Below, one piece after another: positions 25,664 through 37,528 of a stretch of 64,000 bases of DNA (position 1 is the stretch's first letter; each line of letters opens with the position of its first letter). Made by a program: the position numbers and the translations under genes. Origin of the DNA: Moniliella sp. 'wahieum' (lineage: Eukaryota); NCBI GenBank assembly GCA_003971905.1, contig RSEE01000030.1, positions 62,001 to 126,000 on the forward strand. Reading direction: 5' to 3'. Under the pieces are notes generated by a model. The model made no database searches. It saw only the letters and a list, made by a program, of their open reading frames with translations, and was not told the origin of the DNA.

Positions 25664-27760
25664 TTAGAAGAAGAAGTCAAGGACTTCTTCCACCAGGGAA
25701 CGAGGCGAGCCTCTTCGCGCTCGCTTCAAGTTGTTCGAGGGTAGGTGCTTCGCGGCGGCCGGTATCAATGTCAATGTCCTCCTGCTTGACCCAGGAGTGA
25801 AGCCACCAGCGGCGGGGCCCGTACCAGACGGCACGTTGCCCAGGTACTTGACGTGCCATGGGAGCGGAAGACCGCGTCCCAGTCCATCTCGCCAAACACG
25901 AGGAAGACAATCACCACAGGCACGGCGAGGTAGGCTTGGAAGAAGGTCACGGCGCGCTCCGAGTCCGTGTCGGCATCGGCACCGATCGGGGCAATGGCAA
26001 TGATCGCTTGGAATACCAGCACGGCAAAGTTGATCACAATCCCGTACACTGCCCCGATAATCCGACGGGCGAACGCCAGGGAATCAGTTCGACTGGCCGG
26101 CCGGCAGCCTTCCAGGCAGCACGGAAGCGGATGTGGCAAATGCAAATGGTACCTAGAGTGAGCGAGAAAAAAGGGAAGAATGTAACGTTAGTTAGGAGGC
26201 AAGGGTAAGGCATGGCAGGGTAGGGCAGGAGCCGAACGAGGACAAGAAAAAACATACCCCACGAGAAGATGACGGCGAGACCACTGAGTGCCAAGAGCCA
26301 GTTGAAGACGTCACCGGCGCTAGTCGAGTAAACGAGGAAGGCGAGGAAGCCAAAGGCCAGTGTGACAGCCACCGCGGGCATAGGGCGACCTTCGCGGTCA
26401 ATGTAGGCGAACCAACGGGGAGCCTGACCGTTTTGGGCGAGGGCGACGAGGGTACGAGAAGATCCGTACACACTCGTGTTGGCCACCGACAGGGACGAGA
26501 TGAGAATGACGCGTTGACAATCGAGGGCAAGGCGTGATTTTGCGCTTGATGACGAGGACAAAAGGAGAACTGTTGGGATCGTTGCTGCTCGACCCGCTCG
26601 TCAGGGCAGGATCGTTGGGACTGATGTTGAGCGTGATAATAAAGAGCGAGCCAACGTAGAAGAGCATGATCCGCATGAAGATCTGGCGCGAAGCTTTGGG
26701 GACTGCCTTGCGAGGGTTGATCGTCTCGGCCGCGGTGATACCAATCATCTCCGTGCCAGAGAAACTGAAGGCGGCACTGACCAGCACCGAGCAGAATCCC
26801 TTGAAGCCATTGAGGAACGCATCTCCATGGTGCCAGTACTGCAAGCCAACCGTCGTGTGGTTAGGGGCCCCGCCGGCAGTAATCACAATGCCAGCCACGA
26901 TGAAACCCAGTCATGCTAAAAAAATCCGTGGGTCAGTACCAGGCTCGCTGACGACAAAAACAACGGTACATACAGAATCTTCAGTACCGAGCCAAACACT
27001 TCAAAGTCGGCGTAACCGCGAACGCCAAAGATGTTGATCACGGCAATGACAACCCAGCAAATGATGACCCAGACACCAGGGGATACGTGCTGGTTCGGAT
27101 CCCAGAACCCAATAATGATGGTCGCTGCCACCAATTCGAGGGGCAAGGTGACGAACCATTGCATCCAGTCTGTGCAGAGGCAGAGGTTAGTCGATTGTCG
27201 AAGGGTAGATACCAAGGAGACAGGGGATGCAGAAATACGAACAGTTCCAACCCATGGCGAAACCCCAGGCGGGCGAGATGAAGCGGGTAGAGTAGGTGGA
27301 GAAGGAGCCAGAAACAGGGAAAATAACCGCCAATTCACCGAGGCACATGACGACACAGTAGAGCATGGAACCAATCAAGCAATAGTCGATAATCAAAAAT
27401 CCCGGGCCACCGCTGGCGTACACCGTGCCAGACCCAATGTAGAGACCGGTACCGATGCTACCGCCAAAGGCGATCATCTGAATGTGGAACTGGCTCAGCT
27501 TGCGCTGAAGTCCCTCGGGGGGTTGGAGGTGATTTCCTGGATGGAGGAGGTGCCGTCCAAGTCATCGTCTTCGCGGCCGTAAGGGGAGTGGGCGCTGTCA
27601 ATAAACGAAGTCTTCTCGAGTGCTTGTTCGGTGGGCGAAGCCTTGGCCATGTCGGGGTAGTGGCCGGCTGGGCCTGCGCGGCCGCCGACTCGGGCGTGTC
27701 GACGAGCGGGGCCGGGTGCAGCTTAAAGCCGTCGAGCCAGTAGCGGATGGCACTGGCCAT
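25664..27760 (-). CDS. Amino acid permease, YAT/APC family (Gap1-like)
   Basis: HIQMIAFGGSIGTGLYIGSG; YSTRFISPAWGFAMGWN; FKGFCSVLVSAAFSFSGTEMIG; SVANTSVYGSSRTL; FNWLLALSGL; FFQAYLA. Introns at about 27170-27241, 26895-26974 and 26155-26257. Confidence 0.93.
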
Positions 27761-28912
27761 GGTGGACGAAAGAGGAGGAGGTGGTGGTGGGGGGGAAACG
27801 AGAAGGGGGCCCCGCGTTGCGAGGCAGCGAGTGGGAGGCTTAATATGCGAGCGCAAGCGATGGCGCACCCACGCGTGCCTTGGGGCGTGGTGCGTGAGCG
27901 CGTGAGGCTGGGCGCCGTTTGTTTTGTCAGGGGGGCCAGCGGCGGAAAATTGTTCCTAAGAACGCAGAGGAGCGGCCCCCGGGGGCGTTGGCTGCCATTA
28001 TGCATTCGACGCAGAGGATGTGGCGGCGGGCGATCTAGGATGCCACTGCCCGCCTGCCCGGGCGCGAGCGCTCTGGCGCGGCTGCAGCCACGGCGCCTGT
28101 GGCCACCACCCTCACCCACTCGATGACGCGATGGCGCGGGTGACGCGTGACGCATGACGTGCGCCGCCGTGCGGGCGATAGCAGATTCGGACGCACACCG
28201 CCCCTGTGCTGAGTTTGAGATGGGTTCTCGACGCCACATCGCTATCGCAACACTGGCGCGGTGCGTGTGCGTGGGATTGGCTTGGGCGGCACAGTTGCTC
28301 CGTTTTCGACCGGCTTTTGGCCGTGCCCGTGGCCAGGGCACACCACCAAACCAACGCAAACCCAGGGCAGGCCAGCGCACACCAAGGCACCGCCCACCCG
28401 CTCAGCTGCGCACTCCGACGCCCAGGCGCGGCGCCCGGCCCGACAACGAGCCGGCTGGCCGCTGGCGCCGTGCCTCAGCCACCACCCCAGCCAGCGGCCA
28501 ATTGCAAGCCCCCCTGAGGCGGCCGAGTCAGCCAGTAAAAAAAAGCAAAATTCTATAATCAGTCAAAGCTAGTGACTCCTTCCAAGCAGCGGGGCTGCGC
28601 CTGGGCCGTGCCTGCGTTGCCGTGTCTGTCGGCCAGTCGGATGGATGATGCAGTCGATACAGCCGCGTCAAGACACCCCCACCACACCACATGTTTTCTC
28701 CACCGCCCCACCAGCGCCCAACCCTGTGATGGGGCCCAAGAGGGCCCAGGCGGCCCAGGACTTGGATATGCTTCGGTGCCTGTCCCGGAGAAGGGGTCGG
28801 TTCAACTTGAACGTTCAACGAACGGTTCTCCGGGGCTCAGGCTGAGTGCCTCAGCAGGCTGAGGCTCAGCCTGAGCACTGAAGCTCAGTGCGCAACATTC
28901 TCCTGAGCACTC

Positions 28913-28976
28913 GCTCACTAGTCACTAGTGAGGCTCACTGCTCACTAGTCACTAGTGAGGCTCACTGCTCACTAGT
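28913..28976. repeat. 27-bp tandem repeat (GCTCACTAGTCACTAGTGAGGCTCACT) x2.4 inside a TCA/TGA-rich palindromic block
   Basis: Exact copies at 28913-28939 and 28940-28966, partial copy at 28967-28976. Confidence 0.9.
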
Positions 28977-30108
28977 TCCCCACTAGCTCGCGCCCGAATC
29001 CCCAGGATCCACTTCTCAGATCTCATTCTTATGCGCTAGGCCTTAGGCCGAGCTTGATACGTGATAGACTTGAGTGCTGCAGGCGCCCCTTGAAGCTTGA
29101 AGCTTGAATCTTGATCCGTTTGGCGCGTTCGCACCGTATGTAGATTCTTTTAGAGAGCAGTATATTATACCCCAAGCACCGTCCGCGCCCCCCCCCTGTG
29201 TTACGCCCAAAGTTATACCCCTCTTCTGCGTACTGAATCATGGTGCACTGCGCTATTAACTAACTCCGATTAACACGCAGGCGCGCTCGTCGTTATCATG
29301 CTCTTTCTCCCTCCGCCCTCCTCCGCCGGTGCCACATTTGCCCCACCTCGAGTATATTATTGACCCGTTGACTGTGAGCCACACTGTAAACTGTTCCATC
29401 AACGTCTTCGAGCACCACAACCGTAAGTACACAGGTGGTTCGCATGGCGCGGACGAAGGTATCGATCATTTGCCAAAACCCCGCATTATAATGGTCAAGC
29501 CGGCAAATTGACTTGCTCTCTTAACCTCAAGCTTCAGCTGAAGCCTTTGGAGTCCGGGCACAATACCAACATGCTATTGCTCTAGAGTGGGTGCGACCCT
29601 TCCGGGCCATCTGTTCGTTTGGGATACCACTTCCTGGTCCTCCCCTCTTCCCGGCGGAACCTCACCGTCTCTCTCTTCGCCGTGGCTCTTGATTCTTTCT
29701 TCCTCTACCGATTGCCTCCCTACTAGCCCCGCTCACATGCATGTCACACCGGTAGATCGCATGCATATCGAATCAACTGTTCAACGCCCTAACCCGTCGA
29801 TTTCGAAGCGTATCGTACCTATAGGACTTGCCCCAGCTGCAGCAATGTGCAATGTAATGCTCTGCTAAAGTCCTGAAGCTCCCAGGGGTTTAGTGCGTGG
29901 CGGGCGAGGAACAGCCACCGTCGTCGGGCCCAGCTCAGAAGACATGAACGTATGCGTGGAAATTGTTGTACAGGTGGAAGGGGGAAGAAGACACGAGAAA
30001 ACAATGGGAAGGACACCAGGTAAAAAGAGAGGACGTGGATGAGGCCCCGGTACGTAAACGTGAACGTGAAGAACATCTGTATGGAATCCTGTGGAATCCA
30101 GGAATAAG

Positions 30109-30869
30109 TTACAGCCGCCGATTCTCCTTATCGGCATCCTCTTCGCACAAGGCCCAAAACGAATCCGAATCGTCGGACGCAGCACGAGAGGAACCCTCAC
30201 TGGACGCACGACGCTTGCGCTTTTTCAGCGCACGGTGGGACCCACCCCATGTCGGTCGCGGCAAGGCGTGCAGGACTGGGGGGATGTCCACGTGCGAGGC
30301 GGACCCAACGCGACGAGGATCGGGGGAGACCTTCGATGAGGAGGGCGCGGCCTGGTCGGAACTTGATGGGATAACAGGTACAGATGAGCGCCGAGAGCGC
30401 CACCACTGCGGCTGGAGGGTATGAAAGGCATGAGCTGTGCGTTGGCCCAGCCTACGCAGGCGGCTCCTGCCTTCTTCCTGATCCGAGCGTGGAGCCGGAA
30501 GGGCAGAAGACCGATCGGATGAGGGAGCAGGACCTGCGGAAGGAGCCGAGGCGACTAGCAGAGACGAGGAGTTGCTATGCCAATCTTCGTCCGTAGAACC
30601 AGATACCATGGAGACAGCACCAGTGAAAAGCCTGCGCCTCTTGTTCAGCGGAGAGGCAGTGGGAGAGCGGGGGGCTGCGCCTGTGGGCGGGGCGGGTACC
30701 TTGGTCGGCGCCGCCTCGGGGGCATCGCACGGCGACTCACCACGGCGGCGCGTGAATTGGCGAGCCAAAGCGGGATCTCCCTGAGTGGAATGCGGTTGCG
30801 CAGAAGTAATGGCGCGTCAGCCATGCTGGAAGAGGAGGAGGGGACGAGAAAGGCGTGCTCGTGTGGCAT
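30109..30869 (-). CDS. Small disordered hypothetical protein with D-box-like RIPLREI and C-terminal KEN motif
   Basis: MPHEHAF..MADAPLLLRNRIPLREIP joined by one frameshift to ..SPTASPLNKRRRLF..KKRKRR..DSFWALCEEDADKENRRL*. Confidence 0.5.
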
Positions 30870-31752
30870 GGGAGCAGCAGAGCAAGCAGGGGCCGCACCG
30901 GACCTGAGACAGGGCCAGGGCCAGGGCCAGGACCAGGGCAGAGGGCGGGGCGGAGGGGGGCGCAGACAGGGGGGGCAGGGGCGGTGGCATGCGGATGTGG
31001 ACAATGTGTGTCCCGGCGGTGGCCGTGCGAGGCGTGGAGTGGGAGAGGATGCGCGATGCGGGTGGGCTGCGCCGCTCTGGGGTAGACGTGAGGCGTGGGC
31101 AAGGAATGCGATCGATGGCCGGCGATGGCCTGGCAGCACTGAAATGAAAGTTGAAACGGGCCGCGGGACGCGGGACGCGGGACGCTGGAGATTGGAAATT
31201 GCAACTTGGCCAGGACAAGCGACTGGGCCGATGGAGGGAGTGTCTGCGCAATCATAAGCACCCAATCGATCCAGCAGCTGGGCAAGGAAAGGTTATGCTT
31301 ATGGATGCTTGGATGCCTGAGCCTGGCAAGGGGGGCGCAGCCAAGCTGCGCACACTAGCCACTGCCCTGGCCCCGTTTCAGGCGCGCGTCCCGCAGCCTG
31401 CTGGACCGCCTGACTGGATGGACGGTGCGCGGCGCGGCCTTGGCGGATGCTGAGTACTCCGACTGAGTCCGAGCGCCGAGCAACTGCGTACGGCTTGGCG
31501 TGGGCGTGTGGTGGGCGATGCATGATGCCAGGGTGGTGATGCATGATGGTGCTGCGCAGGCCCGCCTGGCGCCACTGTTGCGCAGGAAGCTGACGCAGCT
31601 GACGTAACCTCTGCGCTGGCGGCCTCCTTCAGACAGCTTCACCTCAAACCCGCTTTCAGCTCTTGCAACCACCGCCATTCCAGCGCCGCCAGTTACGAGC
31701 CGCTCCCTCCAAGTTGTTTTTTCGGGTGATTCCCCCCCCCCCCACACACGCC

Positions 31753-32998
31753 ATGTCGCTACCGCCCCGCTCGCGCACGCCCGGTGGCACTCCTTGCATG
31801 CAGCCGTCAACACCGTCTTCCCCTGGAAGTCATTATTGGCATCTTTGACCTCAAACAAGGCAGCGCAGTCATCAGTCTCTTCGCTCTGTTCAAAGATTGT
31901 AGGTGTCTTTGGCATCATTGCCATCCTCACTGGCGGCACATTTGCCCAGGTCGCCTCTACCCTCTACAGTCTCGCCACCATCTTTTGCATCCTCTGGGGG
32001 TTGCGCGGCATTTCCGATGAAGATGCTCGCACCGTCATGCGCTACGCTCACTTTTTTGTTGCCGACCACCTCATCTCGTCCATCTGGACTTTTACTTTTC
32101 CGTCAAGTATTTACCAGCCCACACATGGAGACCCCCTGCAACGGGCAAGTACCAGCAGGCGCTGATGCAGCTCATTGAGCAGCTCGAGCAAGAGTATGGG
32201 GAGACGCGTAAGCACTCTGAATCGCTCACTGGCGCTGCCCGCGTCGAGGCGGCCCAACAAGTATGGAACTTTGAGAAGAATTTGCCACGCTTGCTATTCT
32301 CCTTGGTTTGGTTCCTAAAGGTGAGTCCATACGTTTCCACTTGGCTTGCCACTTGCCCCTATCCGTTACTAACCTCGGCATCCTTGCTCCAGATCTTTTT
32401 TGCCCTCACGCTCTACTCGTACGCGCTCACCTTCGTCATGGCACGTACGCTGCGCTGCCCCTGGCCAAGTCGTCTTCGATGAACGTGGCCGCTCTCCACA
32501 TGCACCAGCACCACCGCCACAACAGCATGATGGCTGTAATGGAGAGCGACGAGAGTGGCGATGACGAAGAGGATGAGGAGAACCAGCAGAAGCCTTCGGT
32601 TGACGGTATGGTCAGCCCAATCGCCCGCGCACATCTTGGCAGATGCCGGTCCTTCATCTGCGACCGATACGCAGGCGGACTGGTGGCCAAGTACCGCGCC
32701 TCCGCGGCGTGCCTCCATTCGCGCGTCGTCCGATGCTGTACAGGCCCGCGCGCACAGCGTGGCACGCTTCTCTTTGGCCAAGACGACCTTGATTTCGCCG
32801 ACGCCCAATGCCCCTCCTTTGCCCGCTGTCGCGCCTTGACTCGACCCCCCCCCCAAACCAGATCCGCGCGTCTCCTCTTCATCGGTTGTGCACGACTTCA
32901 TCCTTTCTAGCCGCACCTCGTCTGTCGACCATGCCCACCTAACGCTCTTCGCGCTCGGCCGCACCGCACCTTTCCTTCCTCGGCAGCTCGCTGCGTAG
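31753..32998 (+). CDS. KEI1: Inositolphosphorylceramide synthase regulatory subunit Kei1 (DUF1753); 3' end approximate
   Basis: SLLGIFDLKQGSAVISLFALF.KIVGVFGIIAILTGG..YAHFFVADHLISSIWTF; LKIFFALTLYSYA across intron 32321-32392 (GTGAGT..CTAAC..CAG). Confidence 0.75.
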
Positions 32999-33692
32999 AA
33001 GCAGGAGGGGAGGTGCCGCCCTGCAGCGCATCAAGCCCCTACTGCTGGCGCACAGGGCGGAGATACCGAAGCGATACTCGCCATTTTCCACATTGTGTGC
33101 CGCTCTGTAATCTTCCTGCTCGAAACGATGATACCCGTGCCATCGACCACCGGCTGCGATAGGCAGCATAGTCGCAGCAACTATGCTATGCGGCAGGAGT
33201 ATAGGATGCGAGTGAGTAGTAGTAGTAGTGCCACTAGGCGTGGGTGCTGCATGTATATACGCGTCTGCCGGCCATGGGAGGGCCATAGACGGATTCCATT
33301 CGAAGGGGCAGCGAGGTCCCCCACGATGCGGAGGTGCTGGCGCGTGCTCGCTCCGAGGGGAGGATGGCATGCGGAGGCGAACACAAGTGTGTTGCTACCT
33401 ATGGCTTGGCACGCAGACTGCGGTACATAGACTGGAGCCAGCTGGCCGTCGGGGGCTCCCGCTGCTGCGGCGGGCAGGCAGGGACCACATGGTAATTCGA
33501 AGTGCGTGGGCGGCACGCAATGAAAAATTGCCAACACAGCCCTGTTACATGTTATGTCAGCACAAATTTAGAGTGGGCTATGCGTGAGCAACACCAACAG
33601 CGTTGTGCACCAACCGAGGCCTCTCGCTCGGCCCGCCGCCACTGCCACTGCCATTGCCGCGGCCCCCACCCCCACCACCATCCGCGCAAGCA

Positions 33693-35963
33693 ATGTCCTT
33701 CACCTCTCGCCTGTCGTCGTCCCCCGCGGGGATGCAGCACGAGTACGAGTGGCTTGCCTCCTCCTCTGCGCCGCCTGCCTGGCCCTCGTGGCGCGACGCC
33801 TCCGCCCCGCCCGACAGTCCCAGTCCAGTCGCGCATGCGAGCCAGCCCGTGCCACCGCTACTCGCAGCACGCCACCTCTTTCCAGCACACGTCTTGTCTG
33901 ACGTTGCTTCCGAAGGGGCGAAGACTACGACGAGGAAAACGGCCGTCCACTTTCCATGTCTGGCTCCTCGGTCCCCCATTTCCTGTCCCGCCGCATCGAC
34001 CGAGGCGCGCGGGCGCGGTGTTCCATCCGGCTTGGCCCGCGCTGCCCGCGGCTTCCTGCTTGGGCCTGAGCCTCACTCTATGGACCGCGCTGCCTTGTCG
34101 TACTCCTACGGCTCTTCGTACGGCCGTCACCAGCGCGTGCGTAGCCGTGCGACCTATGGTGCCATTCACCACGACCCTCACGCTCCTCGCGCATTCAGCT
34201 ATGAGGAGGAACCTTCTCAGCTACAAGCCGCCGCTAGTGCTGATGCTCCCGTCTCGATCTATCATGCTCGCGACATGGACCCGATCATGGCTGTGCGTGG
34301 CGTTCCAACGCAAGATGACATTGCCCATACCCTCGATGGGTTGTCGCACGACGTGGCCCAGTCGGGTCTGGCTCGCGCCTCGGGCTTTACACCCACCGAC
34401 ATTGCTCGGTGGAAACACAATGCCAAATCCAAACACCGCATCGCCCCACCCCCCCACATCAGGATGGAGGACACGTGGGTACGGAACCAGGCGAAGGATC
34501 ACGGTTGCTTCCGTCCGGCGGGATGGCGGCGGACCCCGAGTCAGAGGAGGTGTACAGCTCGCCATCAGCTCCGGAAGAGGCTAAGATCCTAGTCCGCTAC
34601 TCGCTTCCTATCACCGGCACGCATTTGCTCGAGATGGGAGTGCTGAGCACCACCGTGTTCTCTCTCGGGCACTTAGGAACCGTGGAACTGGCCGCGGCCT
34701 CGCTCGCGTCTTTGACGGGCAACGTTACTGGTTTCTCCATCATCTCGGGCTTTGTTTCTGCGCTCGACTCCCTTTTGCCCGCCGCGTTTGCTTCGGATCG
34801 GCCCTGGACGGTGGGAGTATGGACGCAACGGATGGCAGTGCTCCTGAGCATCTTGCTGGTGCCTGTTGCGCTGATTTGGTTCAAGTCAGAGACCATCTTG
34901 GTGGCCATGCGGCAAGAGCCGGAAGTGGCCCACCTTGCTGCCCAGTACTTGCGTCTTCTGATTGGTGCGCTGCCAGCCTACGCTGGGTTCGAGACGTGTC
35001 GGCGCTACCTCCAGGCGCAAAAGCTATTTGTCGCGCCCACCATCGCGGTAGGCATTGCTGGGGCCATCAATATTCCTCTCAACATTCTCCTCGTCTATGG
35101 CCCTTCGGGCATTGGGATTGGCTTCTTAGGAGCGCCCTTGGCGAGTCTGGTGGTACTGGATCATGTTTGGTGTTGCGCTAGTGCAATGTGCCCTGGCGCC
35201 CTGCTCCACCTGGGCCGGTTTCCAAGTCGGCCCTCGACCCTGCCGGGCTCAAGTCCCTGTGGCGGCTGGGCTTTGCCTCGACGGCCGCCATGGCGGCCGA
35301 ATGGTGGGCGTGGGAAATCACAGGCTTGTTGACCAGTTACCTGGGTACCACCTGGCTTGCCGCCCAAAGTGTGCTGCTGGTCACATCGGCTCTGATGTTC
35401 CAAATGCCATGCGTTGGCGACGGCGACGGCGGTGCGAGTGGGCAACTTGTTGGGTGCCCATGCGTCCAACATGCCTTTATCGCCGCCGCGGGTGGCTATG
35501 ATGGCCGCGTTTGTTGCCGGGTTGTGCAACATGCTGATTCTGGTCGTTGCACGCAACTATTGGGGGATCTTGTTCACGTCGGACCAGAAAGTGGTCCGGA
35601 TCATTGCTCAAAACTTGCCCTTTCTCGCTGCGTTTCAAGTGGCCGACGCCATCATCGCCGTCAACGGAGGCATTCTTCGCTCGAGCGGGAGGCAATCTGT
35701 CGGCGCCTACCTCAATCTCGTGTCGTACTATGTGCTGGGCATTCCTACCTCGATGTACCTGATGCACTTGGGCTGGAAACTGTCGGGCATCTGGCTCGGT
35801 CTCACGCTCGGCCTGGTCGCAGGCGCGGTAGGCACGACGATCGTCGTGGCACGCACCAACTGGGACCAAGAAGCTCACAAAGCCCAAGAACGTGTCTCTC
35901 GCTGCGGCATGCATGGATGCCGCTCCGACCGACTCGTTGCCCTCCATTGCCGAGGCTTCGTAA
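33693..35963 (+). CDS. MATE-family efflux transporter with long N-terminal extension
   Basis: EAKILVRYSLPITGTHLLE..LGHLGTVELAAASL..NVTGFSIISGFVSALDSL; LGFLGAPLA; AEWWAWEI; VRVGNLLGA; GILRSSGRQSVGAYLNLVSYYVLGIP; NWDQEAHKAQER. Confidence 0.92.
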
Positions 35964-37528
35964 ACGCACATGGAACCTTTCGTTCCACTCGCGCTTCGTC
36001 CTAGCCATTCTTCAGCGGGGCCTCGTCCATTCCACGGCGTTGGTACCGTTCGCGACATTGTCATATTCCCCACTTGCATCCTCTGCATCCTCTGTGCCTC
36101 CTTCCTCATCTTCACACCTTTCCTCCCTCCTCGCCTCCTTGCGCCTAACCTTCTTTTGCAAGGATGTGTCCTGTAATGTTGTCTTGCCCCGTACCTCGCA
36201 TACTGCTCGTTGCCGGTCTTCATTCGTGCTCCTGTCCGCGTTCGGTTTTCGCTGCTATTCCCCTTGCAGGCATTCGTCCCGCTGTTTTCTCTCCTATTAA
36301 GAGCAGTCCTAGTCACCCCCAATCCCCCCAAAAAGAGGGCCCAAACGCCCTCCGCTTCGTCCCAATCCATCCCACATGGAAACCTCGGTTGGGCACATAT
36401 ATAGGCCATCAGTCTCGAGTGGAAGAGTCAGCGTGACATGACATGCGACACGCGTCCCTGCTTCCCGCCGCCCCCCAACGCCACGCCCCTGCGACGACAG
36501 AGTGACGCAGTCGGGGTGGCAGGACTAAATGGTCGACGGAGTGGCCTTGGCCGTGACTTGGAGCTCCTGGTGGTGGTGAAATCGGGGGGCAAAGTAAGTT
36601 AGCCACTGAGGTTCTATACGCGGGGAGAGAAGTAGTAGGCCAAGTTCAGCGGCTCAACCTTAGGTACTAGTCGCGCTTGTCATGTGGTTGCGATCCCATC
36701 GACTCAGCCTCTCTCTTCCAGAGCCTTTTCTCCAGCTTCCTTCCAGGTTGCCCCAGGTTGCATGTTACACCCTCTGTCTGATACGGGGCATGTGCATGTG
36801 CTGGGGAGCGCTGAGGCTCAGCGCTCAGGCTGAGCACGCACGTGTGCTAGTTGCACATGCAATGGCACTGCTGCGCATGTTACATGTTAAGCTTTAAGCT
36901 TTGGGAGGCGCCAAGCCAAGTGTTGGTGAACGGGTGAACAACGCCGTCGATCCCGATCGTCAATCATTGATCATCCATCCGCCCCAGTCCGGCGAGCAGA
37001 GTACAATGCGCATGCCTGGCACGATGCATGAGTCATGTGAGTGGTGGTGAGCATGTGGGGGAAAGCTGCAAGAGGCTTGCGTGGAGACGGGTTGATCGTG
37101 ATCGAGTGATCGATGATCGTCCGAGGCCCTCTGGCTGCCCGTCTCCCTCAAAAGGGGACGTTGCGGCGCTCACGCTCATCGGCATCGATGTAATCAATCT
37201 CATCCATCTCAGACCTCATCGACCTCATCCCCGTGGCTGAGCGGCGGGGTGAGGGATTGCCGATTGAGTCTAAGGCCCAATGGACGTTGTTACAACGTTT
37301 CAATGGACAACGGTGTGCGCTCTACGACGTTCAGCTCAGCCATGCTTCCACCTGCATCCATGTGGTTTCCTCCTCCGCCGCCTCTGCCCAGGCAACAATA
37401 GCCTGCACGCTCCTATACACGCCGTTTGGTTATAAGCGACTTGGGCGGCTGTGCTCGCCATGTACAGATAGCTACCACTGCTGGTACTGCCCGCCGTCCC
37501 CTTCTCGTCTTCCCCCCCCGCTCTCTCC

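Noticed and set aside
28834..28990. CRISPR-like array
   Set aside because: Repeats are contiguous without unique spacers, the context is eukaryotic and there are no cas genes.
29787..29795. CCCTAACCC, a possible telomerase RNA template
   Set aside because: A 9-mer permutation of the telomere repeat is expected by chance in 64 kb on two strands, and I see no pseudoknot-type U-rich/A-rich elements. Only an Infernal or covariation search could revive it.
29845..29868. CNVM as a pheromone-type CAAX end
   Set aside because: The frame continues (CNVMLC*), so the Cys is not fourth from the end.
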